Both the position numbers and the translations under genes were made by a program. This document shows, piece after piece, positions 29,250 to 39,273 of a stretch of DNA of 64,000 bases. Source of the DNA: Alphaproteobacteria bacterium (lineage in GTDB: Bacteria; Pseudomonadota; Alphaproteobacteria; MPNO01; UBA830); the NCBI GenBank assembly GCA_965243135.1, contig OZ251539.1:2656001-2720000 (forward strand), written 5' to 3'. Within the stretch, counting starts at the first letter, position 1. Each line of letters begins with the position of its first letter. The notes beneath the pieces were generated by a model. It saw only the letters and a program-made list of their open reading frames with translations. It ran no database searches and was not told the origin of the DNA.

Positions 29250-30848
29250 TCAGGTTCCTTGATTGGGGTCGCGATAAAGTTCGCCGACGACCTGCGTTCG
29301 TCCGGGCATGCTTTCGGTTAGATGGTACCTGCCGTCGCGGTCGCGGCCGAGCCGGCCTGCCTGACGCAACGCGTCGAGCGCGCACGCGACTTCGCGTCCG
29401 TCGTCGCTGCCGACCGCTTCGACGATATGGGAAAAGAACATCGGGCCGTTCTCGAGAGCCTGCTCGACCGTCTGAAAGCGCGGCCGTCCGTCGAACGTTT
29501 TGGCGGCGCACCTTACGAACCGGATTTCGGCGTCGCGGCCGAACGGCCGGGTGCAGTCGAAGCCGGCTTTCGCTCCGGTTCGCCGCCCCTGCAGCGACGG
29601 ATCCATCGTCATCGAGGTCATGCCGGTGAGCATGACGATGTCCTCGTCCGCCTGAAAGCGGGTGCCGAACGCCCATTCGACCTGCCGGTCGTCACGGATG
29701 TCGACGTCCTCGTCGAAGACCCAGATATGCTTCAGCGGCCGAAGGCCGCCGAACAACGCGGCGATGGCGTTTCGCGCGTCGCCGGGCATGCGCTGCTTCA
29801 ACGACACCCGAAGCGCGTTGGACCCGCCCGCCATCGGGCGGAGGCAGGCCGCGACCGGCTCGCGCACGGCGTTCCGCAGGATGCGCATTGCGTCGGCCTC
29901 CACCCGGAGCGCCATAATGCTGGCCGAATCCGTCTGGTCGAGGACGAACGCTGTCCCGTGCTGCAGGGTCTGGTGCAGCACGTCGCTGCGCATGGTGATC
30001 GCGGTGCACGTGAACACCGGATCCATGTGGATCGTGCCGTAGTAGCCCATGTACTCGCCGAACGGACCTTCCGGTTCGCAATATCCGCGTTCGTCGAGAT
30101 ATCCCTCCAGCGCGATCTCGGAGTCGGCCGGAACGCGGATGTCGTTGGTCAGGCTCTTCACGACGGGCGCCGCTTCGCCCCGCATGGTGGCGATCAGGCT
30201 CAGTTCGTCGCCCGGGATCCGCGTGGTGGCCGCGAAGAAGTCGAGCGGATGGCTGCCGATGGTGAACGTGACCGGCAGGCGCTCGCGCCGTTCCGCGCAG
30301 CCCTCGTAGATCCGCTTGAGGTCGGAGGGCGCCGTGACGTTGGTTCCTGCCTGATAGCGGTTCCGCAGCGACAGCCGCCGGCTGCCGACGTTGGTGCGGC
30401 CGGTTTCCGGGTCGATCGTGTAGTCGATGCCCGAAGAGATGTACGAACTCCCGTCGAATTCGTGCTGCGGATGAAACGGCAGGACGGTCAGGTCGACATC
30501 GTTGCCGGTGATCGCAACCGCGTGCAGCGGCGCCTCGCCGGAGGGCACCTCGACCACCTTTTGCGGGTTGGCCAGCCGCCGATGAAGTTCGTCGTAAACA
30601 TCCGCTTCGGTGCTGTCCAACGCGGCGACCAGGCGCTTGCGCGCCGCCGCCGCCTTGGCGATCACCTCCACTTGTTGCGGTCCGGCTTTCCTGAAGAGGA
30701 CCGCCTTCGGCGTGGCTTCGATGATCGCGCTCAGGCCGGTCAGGGGAACCGGCTCGTCGTGGATCTCCACTTCGTCGAGGCCGATCAGGCGCTCGACGAA
30801 GCGGCGTAGACGGAAGCGTTCGTAATCGATTCCGGGCGTAGCGGACAT
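29250..30848 (-). CDS. UbiD-family prFMN-dependent (de)carboxylase
   Basis: NVGSRR, EGPFGEYMGYY, DEDVDI..VEWAFGTRFQ, DPS. Confidence 0.92.
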   Translation of the reverse strand: MSATPGIDYERFRLRRFVERLIGLDEVEIHDEPVPLTGLSAIIEATPKAVLFRKAGPQQVEVIAKAAAARKRLVAALDSTEADVYDELHRRLANPQKVVEVPSGEAPLHAVAITGNDVDLTVLPFHPQHEFDGSSYISSGIDYTIDPETGRTNVGSRRLSLRNRYQAGTNVTAPSDLKRIYEGCAERRERLPVTFTIGSHPLDFFAATTRIPGDELSLIATMRGEAAPVVKSLTNDIRVPADSEIALEGYLDERGYCEPEGPFGEYMGYYGTIHMDPVFTCTAITMRSDVLHQTLQHGTAFVLDQTDSASIMALRVEADAMRILRNAVREPVAACLRPMAGGSNALRVSLKQRMPGDARNAIAALFGGLRPLKHIWVFDEDVDIRDDRQVEWAFGTRFQADEDIVMLTGMTSMTMDPSLQGRRTGAKAGFDCTRPFGRDAEIRFVRCAAKTFDGRPRFQTVEQALENGPMFFSHIVEAVGSDDGREVACALDALRQAGRLGRDRDGRYHLTESMPGRTQVVGELYRDPNQGT

Positions 30849-31150
30849 GGCGTTTCCTTCCAGTGAGTTGTGCCCGACGGCCGCGCCGCAGCTGGATGCG
30901 TCCGACGGAATCGTCGCCAGCTTCTGGGGCGCCGGTCTTCGCGGACAATCGCACCATGTTCCGCGTTCGTCGTCGTCGGCCGGATTTTCGGATCCGCGCA
31001 GCGGTCGCGTCAAGCGGAAAGAAGCGCCGTGTCCCGGCGCGCGAAAGGACGCAGCGCAAACGCCTCCCGGCCGATTTGCCGTTTCGGCCGGGCCGGGATA
31101 CGGTTCGCTCACCCGGCTGGCGTCCGGCGCTCCCCGAGACTGGGATGGGC

Positions 31151-32683
31151 ATGAGCGAATATTCGGCAAACGCTTTCAGACTCCGGCATTTCGTCGAACG
31201 GCTCGAAGAGGCCGGCGAACTCGACCGCATCGGCTGCCGGGTCGAACTCGCCGATGTCGCCGCCCGTCTCGACGGCAATCCCAAAGCCGTCCTCTTCGAA
31301 GCGGCGGGTCCGGAAGAAGCGGAGCTCGTCGGCAACGTCATGGGCGGGCGGCGGCGCATCGCGATGGCGCTGGGCGTCGAGGAAAAGGATCTCCTGCATA
31401 CCGTAATCGAACGTCTGCGCGGTTCGGTCCCGCCGGTCGAGGTGTCCGCGGCGGAAGCGCCGTGCCAGGAGGTCGTTTGGCGGGGCGACGAGGCGGACTT
31501 CACGCGCCTTCCAATTCATCTCCAGCACGAGCTCGACGGCGCGCCGTACATTTCCGCCGGTATCGACATCGCGTCGAGCATCGACGGCGCCAAGCGCAAT
31601 GTCGGCTACCGGCGGATCATGCTGCGCGGCCGCAGGGAGGCCGGCATCGACCTCGTTGCGCCGAGCGATCTTCGCGGCATGTACGCACCGTATTCGCAGC
31701 GGAATCTGCGCATGCCGATGGCTTTCGCGATCGGCTCCCACCCGGCCGACGGCATCGCGGCGACGAGCATGACCGTCCACGATGACGAACTCGGCGTAAT
31801 GGGTTCGATCCGCGGCGCGCCGGTGCCGCTGGTCAAATGCGTTTCGATCGACGCGTGGGCGCCCGCCGATGCGGAGTTCGTTCTCGAAGGGCATCTCGAC
31901 GGCAGGGGCTGGTGCGAGAGCGAAGGACCGTACGGGGAATATGTCGGATATTACGGACGCATGAAAACCAATCCCGTGTTCGAGCTGACCGCGATCACGA
32001 TGCGCGGCGACGCGCTGTTCCAGACGCTCACGATCGGCGGTCGCCACCTCGAATGCACGGACACGGCGCAACTCTGCGCGCTTCGAACCGAGGCGGCCGT
32101 ATGGCAGGCCCTCGAAACCTCCGTCCGCGATCCCGTCGCGGTCTACGTAACGCCTTCCTGCGGTGGAATGTTCAACGCCAGGATCAGCATCCGGCAGAAT
32201 TACCCGGGCGAGGCGCGGAATGCGATCTCGGCGGTTCTGGGATCGAAGGCGGACGTGAAGCACGTCTTCGCGGTCGACCCCGACATCGACATCGGTTCCG
32301 ACAAGCAGATGGACTGGGCGCTCGCCACCCGCTTTCAGGCCGACAGGGATTTCATGCCGCACAGCGGCTACCGCGCGGTTCCTCTCGACCCGTCGCTCGA
32401 CGGCGGCCGGCTGGGGTCCAAGGCCGGGTTCGACCTGACGTTTCCGTTCGGTTGGAATCCCGAAACCGATTACCTTGTTCCGGAGCCGCCCAGCTTCGAC
32501 GAGCGCGGGACGGCGACGGTGCGCGGCGCTCTCGAAACGGGTCCGAAGACGTTCCGCGACCTGATGGAGGCAACCGGCAGCCGGGACGGCCGCGAGGTGG
32601 TGATCGATCTCGACGAGGTGCGCAAGAAGATCGGGATCGAGCGCCTGGACGACGGCCGTTACGTCCTTGCGAATCGGTCGTAA
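31151..32683 (+). CDS. UbiD-family (de)carboxylase, divergent paralog
   Basis: NVGYRR, EGPYGEYVGYY, DPDIDI..MDWALATRFQ, LDPS. Confidence 0.92.
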   Translation: MSEYSANAFRLRHFVERLEEAGELDRIGCRVELADVAARLDGNPKAVLFEAAGPEEAELVGNVMGGRRRIAMALGVEEKDLLHTVIERLRGSVPPVEVSAAEAPCQEVVWRGDEADFTRLPIHLQHELDGAPYISAGIDIASSIDGAKRNVGYRRIMLRGRREAGIDLVAPSDLRGMYAPYSQRNLRMPMAFAIGSHPADGIAATSMTVHDDELGVMGSIRGAPVPLVKCVSIDAWAPADAEFVLEGHLDGRGWCESEGPYGEYVGYYGRMKTNPVFELTAITMRGDALFQTLTIGGRHLECTDTAQLCALRTEAAVWQALETSVRDPVAVYVTPSCGGMFNARISIRQNYPGEARNAISAVLGSKADVKHVFAVDPDIDIGSDKQMDWALATRFQADRDFMPHSGYRAVPLDPSLDGGRLGSKAGFDLTFPFGWNPETDYLVPEPPSFDERGTATVRGALETGPKTFRDLMEATGSRDGREVVIDLDEVRKKIGIERLDDGRYVLANRS

Positions 32684-32753
32684 GCGTTCGGCGGGGCCGC
32701 AAGCGAAGGAGCGTCGCGTGACTTGTTCCCCGGCGCGCGACGGCGTCGTTTCC

Positions 32754-33212
32754 ATGTCGCAACTTCAGCTTCGGGACCTTTTGGATTTCTATATGGAGTT
32801 CATCCACCGGAACGACCCCGCCGGACCGGGCCGCAAGGAGGAGGAGGTCGTCGCGGCGTTCCGTTCGCGCTCCTGCGACTTCCGCTTCGGCGCGCGCGAG
32901 AACGTCTGCGCGGCTTTCGGGGCGCACGAAGAACTCTTCGGCAAGCCGATGGACGACGCCGCGGCCGTGAACGAAGAGCTCAAACCCATCCTCAGGCAAG
33001 CTCACCCTCGCTCCCGGCAGGATGACCGAGGAGGATCCCAAGCCTTGCTAACGGGCCGGGCGGAGCGAGCGGGACCTTCGCCGTCTGCGCAGGCCGGAAC
33101 TGCTCAGCCGCATGGTCCTCGGCCACGGCATCGACAAGAAGCGGGACGAGGAGGCTTTCCGCGCCCGCGGCGCGCCCGAGAAGATGACGCAAGGCGACAA
33201 GAGCCAATATAA
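32754..33212 (+). pseudogene. Probable fragment of an unidentified gene
   Basis: Protein-like codon usage (MSQLQLRDLLDFYMEFIHRND...) that appears to switch frame near 33000; family not recognised. Confidence 0.3.
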
Positions 33213-33405
33213 TGAGATGGTCGCCGCAAGCGTACGTCCGCCGTCGCGGAGTTGACGCGTCGCGGAGACGCCGACAGGGCGTCCGAGGCAGGCGGTTGGC
33301 CAAGCTTGCCCCGCGGAACGTCGCCCGTTCGGGCGGTCGCCGGGAGGTTGGCGCGGCGGCGGATAGTCCGGCGGCAGGTTCTGCCGGGCGGTTGGGGACA
33401 GGAGC

Positions 33406-34392
33406 ATGACAAGATTTTTCTTCGCGTTCCGGGCGCTGTTCTGCGGGGCGATTCTTCTGTCGGTCCATCCGGCCGCTGCGGCCTGCACGACGGGACCGCT
33501 CGCTTTCGGTTTCTACGCCTTTTTCGCGCCGATGAGCTACAGCGGCGACGCCCCGGATGCCCATCGCGGCTACGAGGCGGATCTGCTGACCGCCCTTGAA
33601 GCCATGGAAGGGGCGGGCCTCTCCTTCTCGCGGCGTCCCATTGCGGCTTGGGACGACATCTGGCAGCGGCCGGCCCGCGGCGAGTTCGATGTCGTGGGCG
33701 GCGGCATCACGATTCTCGACTCCCGAACGCGCGATGCCACCGGCGAACGGACGATCGCCTTCACGTCCGGGCACGTCGCGTTTCGCCAATCGCTTCTTGT
33801 CCGCGCCGCCGACGCGGAACGCCTCGCCCGGCACGCCGATCTGACCCGCGACGTGCGAGTCGGCGCGCTTGCCGGCACGACCGGGGAATACCGCCTGCTC
33901 GAGCTGACGGGCCTGGTCGATGCCGACGGCGTTCTGATCGCCGGCGCGCGCGTCGATACGCCGAACGGCGCGGTGGTCGCCGACGGCGGCGGGGAGTATT
34001 TCGTCAGGGCGGCGGGAGCGTCGCCGAGCCTGGCCGACCGGCGGCGCATCGATCCGCCGTCCGATTCCATGCCTCAAGTGATCTATCTCGGTTCGGAAGC
34101 CGGCGAAGCCGAACTCCTCGCGGCCCTGCGCGCCGGCCGGATAGATGCGGTGGCGAGGGGAGAAATCGGAAATCGCGAAGCCGCGTCCGGCGGCGACCTC
34201 GCCGTCACGGCTCTCGATTCCAAGGCCGAGCGCGGCGGCTTTGCGCTCGCCGTGAAGGACGCGGCGCTGGTCGCCTGCCTCGACCGCTTCGTCGGCTGGC
34301 TGACCGACGGAGGACGCATCGGCTTCGCCGAGTGGCACGAGAACCGGTCGGTCTTCATGTCGCGCGCCGAAAAGTGGAACCGGAGCCGCTGA
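33406..34392 (+). CDS. Periplasmic substrate-binding protein (family 3-like)
   Basis: Signal peptide, FAPMSY, GYEADL, DVVGGGITI..R, GALAGTT; AGGAG RBS. Confidence 0.75.
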   Translation: MTRFFFAFRALFCGAILLSVHPAAAACTTGPLAFGFYAFFAPMSYSGDAPDAHRGYEADLLTALEAMEGAGLSFSRRPIAAWDDIWQRPARGEFDVVGGGITILDSRTRDATGERTIAFTSGHVAFRQSLLVRAADAERLARHADLTRDVRVGALAGTTGEYRLLELTGLVDADGVLIAGARVDTPNGAVVADGGGEYFVRAAGASPSLADRRRIDPPSDSMPQVIYLGSEAGEAELLAALRAGRIDAVARGEIGNREAASGGDLAVTALDSKAERGGFALAVKDAALVACLDRFVGWLTDGGRIGFAEWHENRSVFMSRAEKWNRSR

Positions 34393-34423
34393 CGGGCCGC
34401 CGGAAACGCCGACCGGCGCGCGC

Positions 34424-35644
34424 TTATTTTCCGGACATGTTCGCGATTTCCCGGCGGAACCTGTGGCGGAGCGCAAGGCTCCAGGCGAAGGCGGCGAGAA
34501 TGGCCGCCGCCGCGATCGCCACCGGCCATCGAAACCCGACGAAATCCGAGACGGCTCCCATGATGAACGCGCCGACGGCGGGCGTGCCCAGCCACAGGAT
34601 GCCGTAGAGGCTGACGACGCGTCCCCGAATCGAGTCCGGGACTTCTGCCTGAACGAGCGATTGCACGATGATTCCGCAGGCGTTGAGCAGGAAGCCCCAG
34701 ACCACGAAAACGGCGGCGGCCGCCGCGATGTCGGGCGCGGCGGCGAAAGCGGTCTGCGTGACGAAGAGCAGGAAGAGCGAAGCGATCAGTATGTCGCCGA
34801 GACCGCGCAGGCGGCCGCGGCGCGACAGCCAGATTCCGGACAGCAACGACCCGAACCCGGCGCCGGCCGTCAGCAGCGCGAGGCCGTCGGCGTCCATTCC
34901 GAAGACCGCGCCGGCGAAGCCGGGCAACAGTTCGGCGACGGCGCGGCCGAAGAACGATACGCCGAAAAGGAGCACGAGCAGGGGGCCGATCAGTCGATGT
35001 CCGGCGACATGCCGGACTCCTTCGAGGATTTCCGACGGAACGTCCATGAGGGACTTCTTCCCGGAAATCTGCTGGCGGGCGACGATCAGGTACAGTCCTG
35101 CGAGCATCGGAACGTAGCTCAGCGCATTGACGACGAACGTCACGCCGACTCCGAAGTAAAGAATGATCGCGGCGGAGATCGCCGGGCCGATCATGCGGGA
35201 GCTGTTCCAGATGGTCGAATTGATTCCGATGGCGGCGGCGATCTCCCGCCTGTCGACGATGGTGCCGATCAGCGCCTGCCGGAACGGCTGATGAATTCCC
35301 TGCAGGGAACCCTGAATCAACGCGAAGCAGAACAGCCGTTCGATCGTCATCCAGCCGGCAAGGGTGAACAGGGCGAGTCCGGTCGCCTGAAGCATGTGGG
35401 CGTACTGGACGAAGCGCACCGCCTTCAGCCTGTCGACCCGGTCCGCGAACGCCCCCGCGATCGGCGCGACGACGACCGTCGGCGCGAGATCGGCGAAAGC
35501 CACCAGGCCCAGCCAGGTTCCCGAGCCGGTCAGCTCCCAAGCGAACCAGCCGACCGCCATGCGCTGAACCCACGTGCCGATCAGCGACGGAATCGCGCAA
35601 ATGGTGTAAATGCGGTAATTGCGGTTGGCCATCGCGACGGCCAT
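34424..35644 (-). CDS. MFS transporter (MFS_3-like)
   Basis: ~12 hydrophobic segments, GTWVQR, GAFADRVDR, RGRVVSLY; start approximate. Confidence 0.88.
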   Translation of the reverse strand: MAVAMANRNYRIYTICAIPSLIGTWVQRMAVGWFAWELTGSGTWLGLVAFADLAPTVVVAPIAGAFADRVDRLKAVRFVQYAHMLQATGLALFTLAGWMTIERLFCFALIQGSLQGIHQPFRQALIGTIVDRREIAAAIGINSTIWNSSRMIGPAISAAIILYFGVGVTFVVNALSYVPMLAGLYLIVARQQISGKKSLMDVPSEILEGVRHVAGHRLIGPLLVLLFGVSFFGRAVAELLPGFAGAVFGMDADGLALLTAGAGFGSLLSGIWLSRRGRLRGLGDILIASLFLLFVTQTAFAAAPDIAAAAAVFVVWGFLLNACGIIVQSLVQAEVPDSIRGRVVSLYGILWLGTPAVGAFIMGAVSDFVGFRWPVAIAAAAILAAFAWSLALRHRFRREIANMSGK

Positions 35645-35706
35645 GCCGCCGAGCCAGGACGGCTTCCCCCGCGCTGCGACGCCCGGCGCGGACCTTCCGC
35701 GGCCGG

Positions 35707-37158
35707 CTAGAAGATTCCGAAGTATTCCCGGTGCTCCCAGTCCGTGACCGTCGACAGGAAACGCGCGATCTCGGCTTGCTTGATGGTGACGATGTAGTCG
35801 ACAAAGCGGTCGCCCATCGTTTCCCGAAACAGGCCGCTGTCGCGCAACGCATCGACCGCTTCCATCAAACTGCCCGGCAACGGCTCTCCTTCGGCGTCGT
35901 AAGGCGTGTCGGTGGCGGCGGACGGTTCGAGATCGTTCGCGATGCCGTCCAGGCCCGACAGCAATTGCGACGCGAAATACAGATAGGGATTCGCGGCAGG
36001 TTCGCCGACCCGGTTTTCGATCCGCGATCCCCGGTCGTCGGGAGCGGCGAGGACCCGGATCATGGCGCCGCGATTGTCTTTCGACCAGACCGCGCGGTCC
36101 GGCGCCAGCGAGTGGGGCCGGAACCTTTTGTAGCCGTTGATCGTCGGCGTCGTGAAAACCGAGGCCGCGCGGGCGTGCCGCAGCAGCCCCGCGACGAACC
36201 GCCGGCCGGTTCGCGAAAGCGCCTCGCCGTTTTCCGGCATGAAAGCGTTGGTCCCGGTTTCGCGTTCGAGCAACGACTGGTGAAGATGCCAGCCGCTGGA
36301 AAACAAGTTGGGAAGCCCCGGCCTGCACATGAAGGTCGCGTGCAGCCGGTTGCGCCGCGCGATCTGCTTGACGGCGCTCCGGAACAGCACCATCAGGTCG
36401 GCCGACTCCAGGCCCGCGGCCGGACGAAACGTCGCTTCGACCTGGCACGGCCCGAATTCCACCTCCATCGACCGCAACGGCATGCCCAGTTCGATCAGGT
36501 TGCCGCGCAGAATTTCCAGCGCGGGGTCGAGTTCGTCCGCCCGCTGCTCGGTGAGGTACTGAAATCCGTGGGCAAGCAGGCCGACATCGGGCGGCGTTCC
36601 CGGCTGGGTAGCGTGTTCGGGCGAAAGCTTCGGATCTTCGAGCATGAACAAATGGAATTCCACCTCGAGTCCCGCGACGTAGTCGTAGCCCGCCTCCGCC
36701 GCCCGCCGGACGGCGTCGCGGCACAGCGCGCGGGTGGAAAACGGCACGGGCGTCCCGTCGGGGAAGTAGATGTCACACAGCATCCAGCCCGTGGACTGCG
36801 CCCATGGCAACGTCCTGAACGTCGAAGGGTCGGGAACCATCACGAAGTCGCCGCCGCCGGTCATTTCTTCCATGTCGAATCCGCCCCCGGCGGCGAACAC
36901 GGGGTAGACCGTCCTGTGCGACGTGTCCTTGGCGAGCAAGGTGGTCGTCATGGTGCAGCCGTTGCGCATGGCGCCCGCCGCTTCTCCGGCCATCAGCGTC
37001 TTGCCGCGGAGTATTCCATGCTGGTCGGCGAAGGAGAGGCGGACGACGTCGAGTTCGTTGCGCTCGATTCGTTTCAGGACGTCGGCGCCCGCCAGATGGT
37101 CGTCGTCGCTCCAGAGTCCGTGACGTTCGACGAGCCCGTCCCTTCCGCCTTCGATCAC
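35707..37158 (-). CDS. Glutamine synthetase-like gamma-glutamyl ligase
   Basis: DQHGILRGK, GLEVEF, EFGPCQVE, SSGWHLHQS, DNRGAMIR, IENRVGE; GTGA overlap with the upstream Rieske stop. Confidence 0.9.
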   Translation of the reverse strand: MIEGGRDGLVERHGLWSDDDHLAGADVLKRIERNELDVVRLSFADQHGILRGKTLMAGEAAGAMRNGCTMTTTLLAKDTSHRTVYPVFAAGGGFDMEEMTGGGDFVMVPDPSTFRTLPWAQSTGWMLCDIYFPDGTPVPFSTRALCRDAVRRAAEAGYDYVAGLEVEFHLFMLEDPKLSPEHATQPGTPPDVGLLAHGFQYLTEQRADELDPALEILRGNLIELGMPLRSMEVEFGPCQVEATFRPAAGLESADLMVLFRSAVKQIARRNRLHATFMCRPGLPNLFSSGWHLHQSLLERETGTNAFMPENGEALSRTGRRFVAGLLRHARAASVFTTPTINGYKRFRPHSLAPDRAVWSKDNRGAMIRVLAAPDDRGSRIENRVGEPAANPYLYFASQLLSGLDGIANDLEPSAATDTPYDAEGEPLPGSLMEAVDALRDSGLFRETMGDRFVDYIVTIKQAEIARFLSTVTDWEHREYFGIF

Positions 37159-38423
37159 AGCGGCGCGGCCCATGCCGACCGTTCGCGCCGGAGCGCTTCG
37201 GCGGCCTTCCATGCCCGCTCCCAGCCGTTCGCCGGCGCTATCGTATCGATCGCCGCCGGGCCCTTTTCGCCGTTCGGCGGCGGCGGCCCGTCGCCGAGCG
37301 CCCGGATCAGCCTGCGGCGGTAGGCGGCGATGCCCTTGTCCGAAGCGCCGAGATGTTCCTTCGTGCGGTCGTAAATCGGTCCGGGAGCCTCGACCGCCCA
37401 CTGGTCGTGAACGTTGATGTCGAAGCCCATGCCCGTAAAGGTGCGCTCCCGCTGTTCTTCGGGATCGAATCCGTATTCGTTGGACCGGTTCTTGCGGGAC
37501 CGGTAATCGGGAAGCGTGTAAAGTTCCAGCCGTTGGGCGCGCATGAGGTCGCGTTTCACTTCGGTCTCGAACGCCGTGAAGATCGCGTACCACCAGCAAT
37601 GCGTATCGTCGACGGGAACATGCCATTGGGTGATGTTCATGTCGTTCGACATGGGAATGACGATGGCGTTGGGGAACAATTGGTTCGTGACGCGCACGTG
37701 CAACCGCCCGTCGCCGATTCTGCGGAGCGCGGTCAATCGGAGGCCGTAGCCGGTATCGTCCACGCGGATTTCGGGGCAGGGATGCTCCCGCAGGAGCCGG
37801 GTGACCGGAACGTCTTCCGTTTCGTCGCCGAACTGCCGACCGTAGTCCTCTTCCCGATCCTCGAAGAAACGGTGGAGAAACGAGGCATGCGCGGGATCGA
37901 TTCCCACTTCCAGGGCCTGCAACCAGTTGCACTCCATGAAGCCCTTGAAGGCGAAGGCGAACGCTTCGGGCGCGGCGAAGCAGTCGAACTCCGGGAGTTC
38001 GGGCGGGTCGCCGTTCCCGAGCCAGGCGAACACGATTCCGTTGCGCTCGACGCAGGGGTAGGCGACATGTCGGATTTTTTCCCGGAATCGGCTGCCCGGC
38101 GGTTCGGCCGGCTGCTCCAAGCACCGGCCTGCGGAATCGAACAGCCAGCCGTGGAACGTGCAGCGCAATCCTCCGTCCTCGAGTCGGCCGTAGCGGAGGT
38201 CTGCGCCCCGGTGCGGGCATCGCCGGCCGACCAGGGCGCATTCGCCGGCTTCGTCGCGGAAGAGGACCAGATCCTCGCCCATAAGCCGCACCGGCTTCAC
38301 CGGGCGGTCGCCATCCAGTTCCTCGGTCAACGCCGCCGGTTGCCAGTAGCCGCGCATGAGCGAACCGCAGGCCGTTCCCGGCCCCGTTCGGGTCACCAGT
38401 TCGTTGTCTGCCTTGCTAAGCAT
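37155..38423 (-). CDS. Rieske oxygenase alpha subunit, phthalate 4,5-dioxygenase/LigX-like
   Basis: TRTGPGT, CPHRG..CTFHG, CNWLQALEVGIDPAHASFLH, DRTKEHLGASD. Confidence 0.92.
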   Translation of the reverse strand: MLSKADNELVTRTGPGTACGSLMRGYWQPAALTEELDGDRPVKPVRLMGEDLVLFRDEAGECALVGRRCPHRGADLRYGRLEDGGLRCTFHGWLFDSAGRCLEQPAEPPGSRFREKIRHVAYPCVERNGIVFAWLGNGDPPELPEFDCFAAPEAFAFAFKGFMECNWLQALEVGIDPAHASFLHRFFEDREEDYGRQFGDETEDVPVTRLLREHPCPEIRVDDTGYGLRLTALRRIGDGRLHVRVTNQLFPNAIVIPMSNDMNITQWHVPVDDTHCWWYAIFTAFETEVKRDLMRAQRLELYTLPDYRSRKNRSNEYGFDPEEQRERTFTGMGFDINVHDQWAVEAPGPIYDRTKEHLGASDKGIAAYRRRLIRALGDGPPPPNGEKGPAAIDTIAPANGWERAWKAAEALRRERSAWAAPL

Positions 38424-38569
38424 TCGGGGATTCTAACTGCATACCTCGCCGGATCCAATCCGAGGCGTCCGCGCCTCGCGATTTTCGCCGGGCCGCCCGT
38501 CTCGCCGCGCCGCTGGTCCGAACGCGGTCGCGCCGTCTTGGGAAAGCGCCCGCAGGCGACCGCCTGTTC

Positions 38570-38940
38570 GACCTTTTCCGCCAATCTTGCGAGCCGTTCG
38601 CTTGCGAGGAGCGCGAACAGGCGGCTGCGGGGAGAGTTCAGGCTTTTCCGGGAGGATTCGCGCCACATCGCCGCGTCGTCCGCAGCCATCGGGCCGCGGC
38701 TGCGGGATTTCAAGCGCGAATCCGAGCGGCGCGGCGAAACGGAAACGGTCGCAGAAGTCGAGATACTCCGTCCGGTCCGCGCGAATATCCTCGACAGCGC
38801 TCTTGACCTCGACGATCATGAACTCGCCCTCCAGCCCCGAGACGTCACCGCGGCGGCCGTTGGGCGCTCGGTCGGCGTTCCCGGTCCGCGGCGCCGAGCG
38901 CGACGAGGGACGTGGTTTCGGACGCCGGCCCGGCGAGCGG
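38570..38940 (-). pseudogene. mmcB: MmcB-family DNA repair endonuclease relic
   Basis: NGRRGDV..GEFMIVEVKSAVEDIRADR..YLDFCDRFRFA, then in another frame FALLASERL; deletions and frameshifts; bounds approximate. Confidence 0.7.
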
Positions 38941-39255
38941 TCAATCGCCCTCCGCGGTGGCGGGCGCCGCCGCCGGATTCCATTGTCCGCGCCGCATTCG
39001 CGAAATAACGTATCGGCTGAACAATCCGGCCTTGCGGAACGGTTCGTCCGCTGCGAACGCGTCGGCGGCGGCGCGAGACGGGACGTTGACGATCAACAGG
39101 CTTCCCGTCCGCGCGTCGCTGTCGTCGGCAAGCGTCGCGCCGCCCAGGACGAGGATATCCTCGTGCCTGGCGAGATAGTCGAAATGAGCTTGCCGGTTTT
39201 CTGCGCGAATGCGGTTGGCGTCGGGCCCGTCGACGCCATGGATCACGTAAAGCAC
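38941..39255 (-). CDS. YciI family protein
   Basis: R..NRQAHFDYL, GSLLIV, ADEPF..AGL. Confidence 0.88.
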   Translation of the reverse strand: MLYVIHGVDGPDANRIRAENRQAHFDYLARHEDILVLGGATLADDSDARTGSLLIVNVPSRAAADAFAADEPFRKAGLFSRYVISRMRRGQWNPAAAPATAEGD

Positions 39256-39273
39256 GCCGCATCTCCGGGCGCT

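Noticed and set aside
35707-37158. Housekeeping glnA
   Set aside because: Catabolic context and a divergent N-terminus fit GS-like gamma-glutamyl ligases better.
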